Source of the DNA: an uncultured Sideroxydans sp. | Lineage (GTDB): Bacteria; Pseudomonadota; Gammaproteobacteria; Burkholderiales; Gallionellaceae | Direction: 5' to 3' | Assembly (NCBI GenBank): GCA_964604485.1 | Contig: CAZRZH010000001.1 | Location: 1 to 41,755, forward strand | DNA: 41,755 nt | Part shown: positions 8,551 through 18,023 of the stretch, in pieces | Layout of the letters: each line of letters begins with the position of its first letter | Position numbering within the stretch: position 1 is the stretch's first letter | Notes under the pieces: model-generated | The model's input: only the letters and a program-made list of their open reading frames with translations | Database searches by the model: none | What the model was told of the DNA's origin: nothing | Made by a program: the position numbers and the translations under genes

Positions 8551-10113
8551 ATGGCCATCACTCAAGCACTCATCAGCGTGTCGGATAAATCCGGCGTTCT
8601 CGAATTCGCCAAAGGTTTGCATCAGCTGGGCGTAAAAATTCTATCCACCGGCGGTACGGCGAAATTGTTCGCCGACAACGGCATTCCGGTGACGGAAGTG
8701 GCGGACTACACCGGTTTCCCCGAGATGCTGGATGGCCGCGTGAAGACGCTGCAACCCAAAGTGCACGCGGGCATTCTGGCGCGTCGCGATTTGCCCGAGC
8801 ATGTCGCCACACTGAAGAAACACGACATCCCGACCATCGACTTGGTGGTGGTGAATTTATACCCGTTCGCGGCGACCATCGCCAAGCCCGGTTGCAGCCT
8901 GGAAGATGCCATCGAGAACATCGACATCGGCGGCCCGGCCATGGTGCGTTCCTCCGCCAAAAACCACGCGCACGTGACCATCATCACCGACCCCGCCGAC
9001 TACGCCGACGTGTTGGCCGAGATGCAGACGAACAAATGTGTCGTTAGCGATGCCACGCGTTTCGATCTGGCCAAGAAAGCCTTCTCGCACACGGCCGCTT
9101 ATGACAGCATGATCAGCAACTACCTGACTGCCATCAACAGCGACGGCACGAAGAGTGAATTCCCGGCGCAGATCAACTTCAACTTCGCCAAAGCGCAGGA
9201 AATGCGTTACGGCGAGAACCCGCACCAGCACGCCGCGTTTTACCGCGACCTGAATCCGGTTAAAGGTGGCATCTCCGACTACACGCAACTCCAAGGCAAG
9301 GAACTTTCCTACAACAATGTGGGTGATGCCGATGCCGCGTGGGAACTGGTAAAAACCTTCGATCAACCCGCCTGCGTCATTGTCAAACATGCCAACCCGT
9401 GCGGCGTGGCCATCGCCGACACGGCGCTGAACGCTTACAAACTGGCGTATTCGACCGACACCACGTCCGCGTTCGGCGGCATCATCGCTTTCAACCGCGA
9501 ACTGGACGAAGCCTCGGCCGCGCAAATCACGACCAACCAGTTCGTCGAACTCATCATCGCACCCAGCGCGACCGAAGCAGCATTAAAAGTCACGGCCGCG
9601 AAACAGAACGTACGCGTGCTCACCGTGCCTTTGTCCAACGCGCACAATCAATACGACTTCAAACGCGTGAGCGGCGGGCTGTTGGTGCAATCGCCAGACA
9701 CACTCAACGTGCAACTGGCGCAACTCAAAGTCGTGAGCAAAGTGCAACCCACACAGCAACAACTCACCGACCTGCTGTTCGCCTGGCGCGTGGCGAAGTA
9801 TGTGAAATCCAACGCCATCGTCTTCTGCAAAGGCGGCATGACGCTGGGCGTGGGTGCGGGGCAGATGAGCCGTGTGGACAGCACCAAGATCGCCAGCATC
9901 AAAGCACAGCACGCTGGGCTGAGCTTGGTGGATTCCGTGGTGTCCTCCGATGCCTTCTTCCCGTTCCGCGACGGTATCGATGTGCTGGCGCAAGCCGGAG
10001 CGAAAGCAGTCATCCAGCCGGGCGGTTCGATGCGCGACGAAGAAGTCATCGCCGCGGCTGACGAGCATGGTCTGGCGATGGTGTTCACCGGCTATCGCCA
10101 CTTCCGTCATTGA
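8551..10113 (+). CDS. purH: Bifunctional AICAR transformylase/IMP cyclohydrolase
   Basis: [30 protein letters not shown]-terminal RHFRH. Confidence 0.98.
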   Translation: MAITQALISVSDKSGVLEFAKGLHQLGVKILSTGGTAKLFADNGIPVTEVADYTGFPEMLDGRVKTLQPKVHAGILARRDLPEHVATLKKHDIPTIDLVVVNLYPFAATIAKPGCSLEDAIENIDIGGPAMVRSSAKNHAHVTIITDPADYADVLAEMQTNKCVVSDATRFDLAKKAFSHTAAYDSMISNYLTAINSDGTKSEFPAQINFNFAKAQEMRYGENPHQHAAFYRDLNPVKGGISDYTQLQGKELSYNNVGDADAAWELVKTFDQPACVIVKHANPCGVAIADTALNAYKLAYSTDTTSAFGGIIAFNRELDEASAAQITTNQFVELIIAPSATEAALKVTAAKQNVRVLTVPLSNAHNQYDFKRVSGGLLVQSPDTLNVQLAQLKVVSKVQPTQQQLTDLLFAWRVAKYVKSNAIVFCKGGMTLGVGAGQMSRVDSTKIASIKAQHAGLSLVDSVVSSDAFFPFRDGIDVLAQAGAKAVIQPGGSMRDEEVIAAADEHGLAMVFTGYRHFRH

Positions 10114-10125
10114 TAATAATTTTCG

Positions 10126-10368
10126 GTGAAATTTACCCAATACTTTCAGACCATGCGTGTCAGGCCGGATCGGTCAGGCATCCGGCTTGATTGGATACAG
10201 AGGGTGATTGACCAGCCGTGCAAACAAGTCATTCAAGAGGATGGCCGCTTTCGCCGCTGGGCGGCTATTCCGGAAGCTGACGGAAAATTCCTCCGTGTTA
10301 TTCTTCTCGCCGATGGTGAGACCGTACACAATGCTTTCTTCGACAGGAGATTCAGCAATGAAGATTAA
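10126..10368 (+). CDS. Putative RelE/BrnT-fold toxin (DUF4258-like)
   Basis: 80 aa, basic; QEDGRFRRW...LRVILLADGETVHNAFFDRRF pattern; overlaps the DUF2283 gene by 11 nt. Confidence 0.65.
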   Translation: MKFTQYFQTMRVRPDRSGIRLDWIQRVIDQPCKQVIQEDGRFRRWAAIPEADGKFLRVILLADGETVHNAFFDRRFSNED

Positions 10369-10555
10369 ATATTTCCAAGATACCGATACGCTTTACATTG
10401 AATTGCGCGCCACAACCGTGGTTGAAACAAACGATGTTGATGAAAACACGCTGCTCGATTTGGACGAGAGTGGCAAGGTTTGCGGCATCACAATCGAACA
10501 CGCAGCTGAGCGGGTAGATTTACCCAACTTTTCGTTTGAACGAATGGCTGCATAA
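10358..10555 (+). CDS. DUF2283-domain protein (putative antitoxin)
   Basis: 65 aa, acidic; MKIKYFQDTDTLYIEL...DLDESGKVCGITIEHA matches the DUF2283 pattern; AGGAGA RBS. Confidence 0.8.
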   Translation: MKIKYFQDTDTLYIELRATTVVETNDVDENTLLDLDESGKVCGITIEHAAERVDLPNFSFERMAA

Positions 10556-10560
10556 GAAGT

Positions 10561-10619
10561 GTAGGGTGGGCATGCTATGCCCACGCGGATGATTGGTGGG
10601 CACTGTTTGCCCGCCCAAC
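10561..10619. repeat. GTAG-family REP doublet (REPIN-like)
   Basis: GTAGGGTGGGCA-TGCTA-TGCCCAC followed by an inverted copy whose reverse complement is GTTGGGCGGGCA-AACAG-TGCCCAC. Confidence 0.75.
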
Positions 10620-10632
10620 GTTAAGGTTTTAA

Positions 10633-11904
10633 ATGAAGATTCTAGTCATCGGTAACGGCGGACGCGAACACGCATTGGCTTGGCGCTTGGCGCAGGGCGC
10701 GAAAGTGCAGAAGGTGTACGTTGCACCAGGCAATGCGGGTACCGCGCTGGAAGAGGGTGTGGAGAATATCGCTATCACGGCCATTCCCGAGCTCATCGAA
10801 TTCGTCAAACGCGAAGATATTTATATGACCGTGGTCGGCCCGGAAGCACCGCTGGCAGCAGGCGTCGTGGATGCTTTCCGCGCGGCTGGGCTGAAAATAT
10901 TCGGCCCGACCAAAGCGGCGGCGCAGCTGGAATCTTCCAAAGATTTCGCCAAACGTTTCATGACCCGCCACAACATCCCCACGGCATTTTTCGGGACGTT
11001 TAGCGACACCTACCCCGCGAAAGCCTATGTCGAGAAACACGGCGCGCCGATCGTCATCAAGGCGGATGGTCTCGCGGCGGGCAAAGGCGTGGTGGTGGCG
11101 ATGAGCAAAGCGGAAGCGTTCGAAGCGATCGACATGATGCTCTCCGACAACAAGCTGGGCGATGCCGGTGCGCGTGTGGTGGTCGAAGAATTCCTCGCGG
11201 GAGAGGAAGCCAGTTTTATCGTGATGGTGGATGGCAAAAATGTGTTGGCGATGGCTACCAGCCAAGATCACAAGCGCCTGCTGGATGGCGACAACGGCCC
11301 CAACACCGGCGGCATGGGCGCGTATTCGCCAGCCCCTGTGGTCACTCCGACTCTGCATGCGAAAGTATTGCGCGAAGTGATTCAGCCGGTGGTGCGCGGC
11401 ATGGAAAGCGAGGGCATCACTTACACCGGATTCCTCTATGCCGGGCTGATGATCTCGCCGGACGGCGGTCTCAAAGTGCTGGAATTTAATTGCCGCATGG
11501 GTGACCCGGAAACGCAACCGATCATGCTGCGTTTGAAGAGCGACTTCGCCGCCATCGTCGAACACGCCATCGACGGCACACTGGATAAAGTCGAAGCGGA
11601 ATGGGACAGACGCACCGCGCTGGGTGTGGTGATGGCGGCGGCAAATTATCCCGACACACCGCGCAAAGGCGATGTCATATCCGGTCTACCCAAGAAACTG
11701 CAAGACGCGCAGGTATTCCATGCCGGCACGACGATACATGACGGTAAGGTGGTGACGAATGGCGGTCGAGTCTTATGTGTCGTGGCGCTCGGCGACATGG
11801 TGAGACACGCGCAGAAGAACGCCTATGACATCGCCGACACCATCCATTTCGAGGGTCAGCAAATGCGGCGGGATATTGGCTATCGCGCCATTGGGCGCAA
11901 ATAA
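10633..11904 (+). CDS. purD: Phosphoribosylamine-glycine ligase
   Basis: GNGGREHAL, KADGLAAGKGV, GPNTGGMGAYSP, EFNCRMGDPE. Confidence 0.98.
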   Translation: MKILVIGNGGREHALAWRLAQGAKVQKVYVAPGNAGTALEEGVENIAITAIPELIEFVKREDIYMTVVGPEAPLAAGVVDAFRAAGLKIFGPTKAAAQLESSKDFAKRFMTRHNIPTAFFGTFSDTYPAKAYVEKHGAPIVIKADGLAAGKGVVVAMSKAEAFEAIDMMLSDNKLGDAGARVVVEEFLAGEEASFIVMVDGKNVLAMATSQDHKRLLDGDNGPNTGGMGAYSPAPVVTPTLHAKVLREVIQPVVRGMESEGITYTGFLYAGLMISPDGGLKVLEFNCRMGDPETQPIMLRLKSDFAAIVEHAIDGTLDKVEAEWDRRTALGVVMAAANYPDTPRKGDVISGLPKKLQDAQVFHAGTTIHDGKVVTNGGRVLCVVALGDMVRHAQKNAYDIADTIHFEGQQMRRDIGYRAIGRK

Positions 11905-11909
11905 CATCA

Positions 11910-11971
11910 CCCTCTCCCGCGCAATCGCGCACCCCTATTCCGCCAGCGGGAAAGGGGGTGGGGGTGAGGGG
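11910..11971. repeat. CCCTCTCCC...GGGGTGAGGG-type palindromic extragenic repeat
   Basis: CCCTCTCCCGC...CCCCTATTCCGCCAGCGGGAAAGGGGGTGGGGGTGAGGGG; related to copies at 12596, 18052 and 31164. Confidence 0.7.
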
Positions 11972-11991
11972 TTTTAATCGGAGAGAAGTGT

Positions 11992-12549
11992 TTGCCAAGT
12001 ATCGCCCCCCCCGTACGAAGACTTGCTGCCTACCTCAAGCGCGGCGGTCTGATAGCCTACCCGACCGAGTCTTGTTATGGACTGGGCTGTGATCCGCGCA
12101 ATCGCCAAGCCGTGTTGCGCATCCTTAAACTGAAGCAACGTCCGCAACACAAAGGACTCATCCTCATCGCGTCGCATTATCAACAGGTGGCGCGTTATCT
12201 AAAACCGCTGACGCCAACAGAGCAAGCCAAGTTACAGAACGCGGGTGTTCAGGCGGTTACCTATTTGCTGCCGGTAAAGCAATCTGCACCGCGCTGGTTG
12301 AGAGGCGACCACGACACCCTGGCGGTGCGTCTCACAGCACACCCGTTTGCAAAGCAACTCTGCCGCAGTACGGCCAGCGCACTGGTTTCCACCAGCGCCA
12401 ACCGCAGCGGGCAGCGCCCCGCAAAAACCTTTGCCGAGTGCCAGCGTTTATTTGGAAAAAAAGTGTGGGTACTGCGTGGTCGAGTAGGGAAACGCAAACA
12501 ACCTTCCACGATTTGCGCGTGGTCGGATGGTAAAATCGTGCGCAAATAA
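11992..12549 (+). CDS. tsaC: Threonylcarbamoyl-AMP synthase (YrdC/Sua5 family)
   Basis: IAYPTESCYGLGCDP, KQRPQHKGLILIA, LVSTSANRSG; TTG start uncertain. Confidence 0.9.
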   Translation: MPSIAPPVRRLAAYLKRGGLIAYPTESCYGLGCDPRNRQAVLRILKLKQRPQHKGLILIASHYQQVARYLKPLTPTEQAKLQNAGVQAVTYLLPVKQSAPRWLRGDHDTLAVRLTAHPFAKQLCRSTASALVSTSANRSGQRPAKTFAECQRLFGKKVWVLRGRVGKRKQPSTICAWSDGKIVRK

Positions 12550-12595
12550 TTTACAAGCCGTCATTCGCCGTATGCAGTTATTCAGTAACTAAACA

Positions 12596-12673
12596 CCCCC
12601 TTCCCAACCCTTCCCCCGGCGGGAGTAGGGCTAGGCGTCCCTCTCCCGCCGGGGGAGGGAATGAGGGTGGGGG
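12596..12673. repeat. Inverted doublet of the CCCTCTCCC-type repeat
   Basis: Two inverted units; 23-nt core GTCCCTCTCCCGCCGGGGGAGGG (12637-12659) is identical to 18052-18074. Confidence 0.85.
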
Positions 12674-12690
12674 AACACTTTGGAGACAAC

Positions 12691-13614
12691 ATGAGCAACG
12701 TAGATTCAAGTGCCGTTAAACAATATCTTTTGCAACTGCAAGAACTCATCGTTGAACGCCTCGAACAAGTCGATGGCAAGAAATTCCTGCGCGACAAGTG
12801 GACGCGCGCCACCGGCAGCGGCGGGATCGGCAAAGGCGAGGGCATCAGCTGCATCCTTGAGGAAGGCAACGTGCTGGAGCGCGGCGGCGTGGCGTTTTCG
12901 CATGTGCAGGGCGATAAGATGCCCGCTTCCGCCACTGCGCATCGCCCCGAGTTGGCCGGTTGCAGCTGGGAAGCGATGGGCGTGTCGTTAGTGATGCATC
13001 CGCGCAATCCCTATGCGCCGACCTCGCATGCCAACGTGCGCATGTTCATGGCGCACAAACCCGACGGCGAAAAAGTGTTCTGGTTTGGCGGCGGCATGGA
13101 CCTTACGCCTTACTACGGCTTCGAGGAAGACGCGAAACATTTTCACCAAATCTGCAAGAATTCACTCGCGCCGTTCGATCATTCACTGCATGTGAAATAC
13201 AAAAAATGGTGCGACGATTATTTCTTCCTCAAACATCGCAACGAGCCGCGCGGCGTGGGCGGTATCTTCTTCGACGATCTGAGCGAACCGGATTTCGACA
13301 GCTGCTTTGCTATTCAGCAAAGCGTGGGTGACCACTACCTTTCAGCCTATGTGCCGCTGCTGGAAAAACGCATGGACACGCCCTACGGCGAACGCGAGCG
13401 CGATTTTCAACTTTACCGTCGCGGGCGTTATGTCGAATTCAATCTGGTCATCGATCGTGGCACCATCTTCGGCCTGCAATCCAATGGCCGTACCGAATCC
13501 ATCCTGCTCTCCATGCCGCCGCTGGTGAAGTGGCGTTACGATTGGCACCCCGAAGCGGGCACGCCGGAAGCGGAGTTGTATGACAAATATTTGGTGCCCA
13601 AGGATTGGGTATGA
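12691..13614 (+). CDS. hemF: Oxygen-dependent coproporphyrinogen III oxidase
   Basis: [49 protein letters not shown]. Confidence 0.97.
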   Translation: MSNVDSSAVKQYLLQLQELIVERLEQVDGKKFLRDKWTRATGSGGIGKGEGISCILEEGNVLERGGVAFSHVQGDKMPASATAHRPELAGCSWEAMGVSLVMHPRNPYAPTSHANVRMFMAHKPDGEKVFWFGGGMDLTPYYGFEEDAKHFHQICKNSLAPFDHSLHVKYKKWCDDYFFLKHRNEPRGVGGIFFDDLSEPDFDSCFAIQQSVGDHYLSAYVPLLEKRMDTPYGERERDFQLYRRGRYVEFNLVIDRGTIFGLQSNGRTESILLSMPPLVKWRYDWHPEAGTPEAELYDKYLVPKDWV

Positions 13615-13623
13615 AGACAACCC

Positions 13624-13648
13624 CCCGCCTTTTGGCGGGTTTGTTTTT
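13624..13648 (+). terminator. Intrinsic terminator after hemF
   Basis: CCCGCC-TTTT-GGCGGG then TTTGTTTTT. Confidence 0.75.
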
Positions 13649-13724
13649 GGTGAAGGTCTTGTTTTGATTGATTGAAGACGAATGACATTTGCTACACTTG
13701 CGTTAAGCACACTTGGAGAGAAAC

Positions 13725-14303
13725 ATGTCTGAACCGAATTCTGCGAATGCTGCACCTTCAACTGCCCACCGCCCTGATTTGGATTGGAGCCAAGTTCGAG
13801 AAACCATCCTGATGCTTAATCTGGCCATGGCACAAATAGAATTGGCGATCACCGACTCGGCGAGTTCGGTCGGTGATTTGACCGATTCATTCACTTCTAT
13901 CTCATCAACGATGAACGCCATCTGCGAAGTGGCCCGGCAACTGCCCGATACGCCGGATGTGAGTGCTGCCCGATCCGAGGTGTTGAATCTGGGCGCGGAG
14001 GCCAGCAAAAAAGTCGGGCAGGCGATCATCGCTTTTCAATTCTATGACCGGCTATCACAAAGACTCTCGCACGTTTGCCGCAGTCTGGATGATCTGGGAG
14101 TGTTGGTGAACGATCCCGTGCGACTTTACAACCCCTATGCCTGGGTCGCGCTGCAGCAGAAGATTCGCTCGAAATACGTGACGGAAGATGACAAACAAAT
14201 GTTCGATACGCTGATGCAAACACGCGACGTGCAGAAAGCGCTGGAGGAATTCATGAAACTCAAGCGTGAACAACAGCCGACCGGAGATATCGAACTATTT
14301 TGA
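13725..14303 (+). CDS. Helical protein with CheZ-like/chemotaxis-associated motifs
   Basis: AIIAFQFYDRLSQRL resembles the CheZ catalytic DxxxQ helix; acidic-hydrophobic tail GDIELF; GGAGAG RBS. Confidence 0.6.
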   Translation: MSEPNSANAAPSTAHRPDLDWSQVRETILMLNLAMAQIELAITDSASSVGDLTDSFTSISSTMNAICEVARQLPDTPDVSAARSEVLNLGAEASKKVGQAIIAFQFYDRLSQRLSHVCRSLDDLGVLVNDPVRLYNPYAWVALQQKIRSKYVTEDDKQMFDTLMQTRDVQKALEEFMKLKREQQPTGDIELF

Positions 14304-14437
14304 GTCGAATGGATAAGCTGAAGTGGGTGGAAGCACTGGCGGCTTTCCTGCGGTTGGCGAAGATTGGAAGTGTGAAGTCTGATGCTCTCGAAAAATATTA
14401 GTTGGCTTCCTGTTGTACCAATCAGCCGGCTGGCTGC

Positions 14438-15097
14438 TTAGTTATCTTTCCCATACAGGGGCGATCTCGGCCCGTACAGCAGGCCATTGGGCTGCGCGGT
14501 CAATAGTCGAGTACTGGCAATACGGGCGATCTTGTGACTTTGCCCGTCACCAACCGCATTGCTTACCACTTGTTTGACCACTGCTGTAATCAGAGCTGCG
14601 GCAAGCCCTCCCTGATTGTTCCTGCCCTCGGCATCGGATGCAGAAGCCGTGCCTTCCCATAGCAATTGTCCGTTGCGAACATCAATCAACTTGGCGCTGG
14701 CGGTGACGATAACGTCACTACTGACCAGATGATAGGAAGCGCCATATTTTGTTACGGTGATGTACAGCGCGGAGTCGGCACCAAAAACCTCGCGAATTTT
14801 AGCGATGGGTGCTAGGTGCATTTCACCCGGATTGGACATGCCATTTTCCTTGAATGTCTGATCGACCAACGCTACCGGAAATACATAGTATCCGGCTTCC
14901 GATAAAGGCTGCGTTACCGTCGATAGCATGCTGTAGGAAGCGTGTATGTCGGGCGAATTATTGAGAGGTGGGAGAACCAGGATTGATTGCGGCTTGCTTT
15001 GGTTGTATGCCGTGTAATCTTTTTTGGCGGGTACAGCGCAGGCAAAGAGCGATAAGGCGACGATGCACAAGATGATTCGCTTGATGATATCGAACAT
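14438..15097 (-). CDS. DUF799 (GNA1162-like) lipoprotein
   Basis: Lipobox LFAC; PQSILVLPPLNNSPD, PLSEAGYYVFPV, LLYGPRSP. Confidence 0.85.
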   Translation of the reverse strand: MFDIIKRIILCIVALSLFACAVPAKKDYTAYNQSKPQSILVLPPLNNSPDIHASYSMLSTVTQPLSEAGYYVFPVALVDQTFKENGMSNPGEMHLAPIAKIREVFGADSALYITVTKYGASYHLVSSDVIVTASAKLIDVRNGQLLWEGTASASDAEGRNNQGGLAAALITAVVKQVVSNAVGDGQSHKIARIASTRLLTAQPNGLLYGPRSPLYGKDN

Positions 15098-15105
15098 GAT
15101 TTTCC

Positions 15106-15462
15106 TTAGTGAGGGAGACGAGCAATCAGGCGGTTCATATAAACCTTAGATTCGGGATATAGTTTTTTCTCGGTTTCAAATGCTTGCAATGCGCGGTCAG
15201 TCTTGCCGGACTGGAAATACAAATAACCCAAATGCGCATGGAAACCGGGAGGCGGAGCGGAATTGCTTGCCTGCATGATTTGAAAATCTTTCTCGAGATC
15301 AGCCAATTGCTGGTCTGGCGAAATCTTCCCCGGTTCCGCATAGGTGGCATAGATCTGCTCTTCATAACTACCCCAGTGATACATGCTGGGCGGCGTGCTG
15401 CAGCCAGTTAAGGCGGTAGAGGTAAGCAGTAGCAACAGCCCCAATTTTGCATATTTTGTCAA
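15106..15462 (-). CDS. DUF4810 lipoprotein (TPR-like)
   Basis: Lipobox LTGC; MYHWGSYE, PPGFHAHLGYLY, FETEKKLYPES; TTG start. Confidence 0.85.
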   Translation of the reverse strand: MTKYAKLGLLLLLTSTALTGCSTPPSMYHWGSYEEQIYATYAEPGKISPDQQLADLEKDFQIMQASNSAPPPGFHAHLGYLYFQSGKTDRALQAFETEKKLYPESKVYMNRLIARLPH

Positions 15463-15481
15463 TTTATTTTCGCCTTCAATT

Positions 15482-16156
15482 TTAGTTGCGAGATTTCCAA
15501 GCGCCGCGATCCACTCCTTCGACCAAGCGGTTCACCGCTTCGCGAATGGCAAGATCAAGCACTTTGCCATTAAGTGTGGAGTCGTAACTGGCCGTGCCGC
15601 CAAAACCCACAATTTCGCGGTTGGCGAGCGCATATTCCCCAGCGCCTTGCACCGAGAACACGACTTCGGACGTTTCCGCATTGACTATATTTAGGCTGAC
15701 CTTGGAGTAGGCAATTTGTGTTTTACCGCGTCCCAACACGCCGAACAGTTGCTGGTCTCCGACTTCCTTGCGACCGAACTCGGTCACATCGCCGGTGACG
15801 ATGAAATCTGCCCCTTTCAGTTTCTGTTTCTTGCCGGTCAGTACGGATTCAAACTCGGACTCCTGCATGTTCTCACGATCCATCACTGAGAAGCGATTGG
15901 ACTGCTGCAAATGCGAAATCAAAATGGTCTTGGCCTGGCTGCCCAAGCGATCTACTCCGTCAGAGAAAAGTCCCCGCATGAAGCTGGAACGGTTATCAAA
16001 CTTGCCGACCACCAGTGCCGATTTTGCGCCGGTATATACAGTGTTGGCTGAATTTACCTGTGGGGTGGCGAGAGCTAGCGAGCTTTCAGTGGCGCACCCG
16101 GATAGAAACGAAGTTATCAGGGCGCAGCTAGACAAAAGTGCAATCGAGTGACGCAT
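15482..16156 (-). CDS. CsgG/HfaB-family lipoprotein
   Basis: Lipobox LSGC; VGKFDNRS, HLQQSNRFSVMDR, GDVTEFGRKEVGD, GFGGTASYDSTLNGKVL. Confidence 0.85.
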   Translation of the reverse strand: MRHSIALLSSCALITSFLSGCATESSLALATPQVNSANTVYTGAKSALVVGKFDNRSSFMRGLFSDGVDRLGSQAKTILISHLQQSNRFSVMDRENMQESEFESVLTGKKQKLKGADFIVTGDVTEFGRKEVGDQQLFGVLGRGKTQIAYSKVSLNIVNAETSEVVFSVQGAGEYALANREIVGFGGTASYDSTLNGKVLDLAIREAVNRLVEGVDRGAWKSRN

Positions 16157-16575
16157 TTGATACCACCTTTCTCATGGGGGAATATAAACAGCTTTAGTTG
16201 CATACTAGCACGGGGTAACCATGCTTGAATTAGTGATTTGATTGCATAGTCTGCTTCAGTTAATGCATTGGTCGCAACATCGGAATGTTGCACATTTAAT
16301 CACTTTGGTTCGAATTCCCCACCGCTCGCGGCGAAAGATTTGACAGGATTCCGGTTTGATGCATCTCGGCTTGCCGCGAGGTTCTTCATTTGAAATTTCC
16401 GACAGATTACATTCCTTGCCGTCACTTCTAGCTGGTACGGCCTGCGGGGAGTAGATTATCCGTTACAAACAACTTTAGCTTAAATGTGCAATCCTTTGCT
16501 TTTTAAGCAAATTTGTTTTTCTTTAACTTCCGTCGCTAACTCCTTGTCGCGTAAAGAGAAATTCCATTTTCACGC

Positions 16576-16604
16576 TTGACCACACCAAATATATTCAATA
16601 TAGT
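16576..16604 (+). promoter_or_regulatory. sigma70 promoter of the dcw operon (Pmra)
   Basis: TTGACC (16576-16581), 17-nt spacer, TATAGT (16599-16604). Confidence 0.75.
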
Positions 16605-16640
16605 GGGAACTAGTGGTGATAAGTGGGAATAAATGGGGGT
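16601..16640 (+). promoter_or_regulatory. MraZ binding repeats
   Basis: Four units with 10-nt period (TAGTGGGAAC, TAGTGGTGAT, AAGTGGGAAT, AAATGGGGGT) overlapping the -10 and start site, matching the known MraZ (G)TGGG repeat operator. Confidence 0.8.
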
Positions 16641-16653
16641 TTAAAGGGGTTCC

Positions 16654-17100
16654 ATGTTTCAAGGGGCAACACAATTTAATCTGGATGGCAAAGGCAGGTT
16701 GACGATACCGACGCGGTATCGAGACATGTTGCTGGAGCAGTGCGCGGGTCAGTTGGTACTGACTGCCGATGCCGATGGTTGTCTGTTGCTCTATCCGCAG
16801 CCCGAGTGGTTACCCATCTGCGAGAAATTGATGAAGCTCTCTGCCTTCAATCCCAAAATTCGCGCCTTGCAACGTTTCCTTGTTGGTCATGCGGAAGATG
16901 TGCTGATGGATGCGGCGGGGCGTGTGCTGATTTCGGCGACCTTGCGTGATTACGCCAAGCTGGACAAGCGTGTGATGTTGGTCGGCCAGGGCAACAAATT
17001 CGAATTGTGGGATGACGTGAGCTGGCACACGCAATCGGAAAAGATGTCCGGGTTTAACGCGGACGATTTGCCGCCGGAGCTGGAGGGCTTCACGTTGTGA
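16654..17100 (+). CDS. mraZ: Transcriptional regulator MraZ
   Basis: Two DxKGR/DxAGR SpoVT-AbrB repeats, GQGNKFELW; first dcw gene. Confidence 0.97.
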   Translation: MFQGATQFNLDGKGRLTIPTRYRDMLLEQCAGQLVLTADADGCLLLYPQPEWLPICEKLMKLSAFNPKIRALQRFLVGHAEDVLMDAAGRVLISATLRDYAKLDKRVMLVGQGNKFELWDDVSWHTQSEKMSGFNADDLPPELEGFTL

Positions 17101-18023
17101 GCCAGGGTCTGGTTCACGCGACCGTTTTATTGAACGAAGCGATCGAGGCGATGCAGGTGAAGCCGGATGGCATTTATGTGGATGGCACTTTCGGGCGCGG
17201 CGGGCACAGTCGACTGATTTTGAGCAAGTTGGGTGCGACCGGCCGCTTGATCGCGTTCGACAAAGACCCGATGGCCGTGGCAGCGGGGCAGGAAATTCAG
17301 GATGCGCGTTTCCAAATGGTGCACAGCGGTTTCGAACATTTGGGTACGGTGTTGAGAGATTCGGGCATCACGCAGGTGGAAGGTGTGTTGTTGGATTTGG
17401 GTGTGTCGTCACCGCAGCTGGACGATCAGCAACGCGGTTTCAGTTTTAGGTTCGATGCGCCTTTGGACATGCGCATGGATACGGGTAACGGGCAGACGGC
17501 GGCCGAGTGGTTGGCCACGGTGGATGAAGGTGAACTGGCGGAGGTGATACGTGATTACGGCGAAGAACGGTTTGCTAGGCAGGTTGCAAGGACGATTGTT
17601 GCTGCGCGCAAAGAGCGGCCAATCCTTACCACGAAACAACTCGGCGAAGTCGTTGCCCTGGCGGTACGTACGCGCGAGCCCGGCAAAAATCCGGCAACGC
17701 GTACCTTTCAGGCTATACGGATTCATATCAACCGCGAACTTGATGAGCTCAAGAACGTGTTGCCGCAGTGCGTGGATGTGCTGAAGCCGGGCGGACGTTT
17801 GTCTGTGATCAGTTTTCATTCGCTGGAAGACCGCATGGTGAAACAGTTTATGCGTGACACGGCACAGGGCGACAAATTGCCCAAGGGCGTGCCGATTCGC
17901 GCAGCCGATGTGCCGCAGGGTAAGTTGCGTGTGATCGGCAAGCCGTTGTATGCGTCGGCGGATGAGGTGGCGGTTAACCCGCGCGCGCGCAGTGCGGTGC
18001 TGCGTGTAGCGGAAAGGCTGTGA
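17097..18023 (+). CDS. rsmH: 16S rRNA m4C1402 methyltransferase
   Basis: [36 protein letters not shown]. Confidence 0.97.
   Translation: MSQGLVHATVLLNEAIEAMQVKPDGIYVDGTFGRGGHSRLILSKLGATGRLIAFDKDPMAVAAGQEIQDARFQMVHSGFEHLGTVLRDSGITQVEGVLLDLGVSSPQLDDQQRGFSFRFDAPLDMRMDTGNGQTAAEWLATVDEGELAEVIRDYGEERFARQVARTIVAARKERPILTTKQLGEVVALAVRTREPGKNPATRTFQAIRIHINRELDELKNVLPQCVDVLKPGGRLSVISFHSLEDRMVKQFMRDTAQGDKLPKGVPIRAADVPQGKLRVIGKPLYASADEVAVNPRARSAVLRVAERL

Noticed and set aside
13660-13680. TTGATTGATTGA as an FNR box
   Set aside because: Lacks the ATCAA half-site at the TTGAT-N4-ATCAA spacing
15482-16156. Calling this a curli secretion system (csgG proper)
   Set aside because: No curlin subunits or csgE/F nearby; the neighbours are DUF4810 and DUF799
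16307-16326. GGTTCGAATTCCCCACC as a tRNA T-arm remnant or att site
   Set aside because: Extra base in the loop, no pairing stem and no match to the tRNA-Ala here; likely chance
16601-16640. 10-bp periodic repeats as a CRISPR array or novel tandem repeat
   Set aside because: Explained by the known MraZ operator; no repeat-spacer array or cas gene in the window
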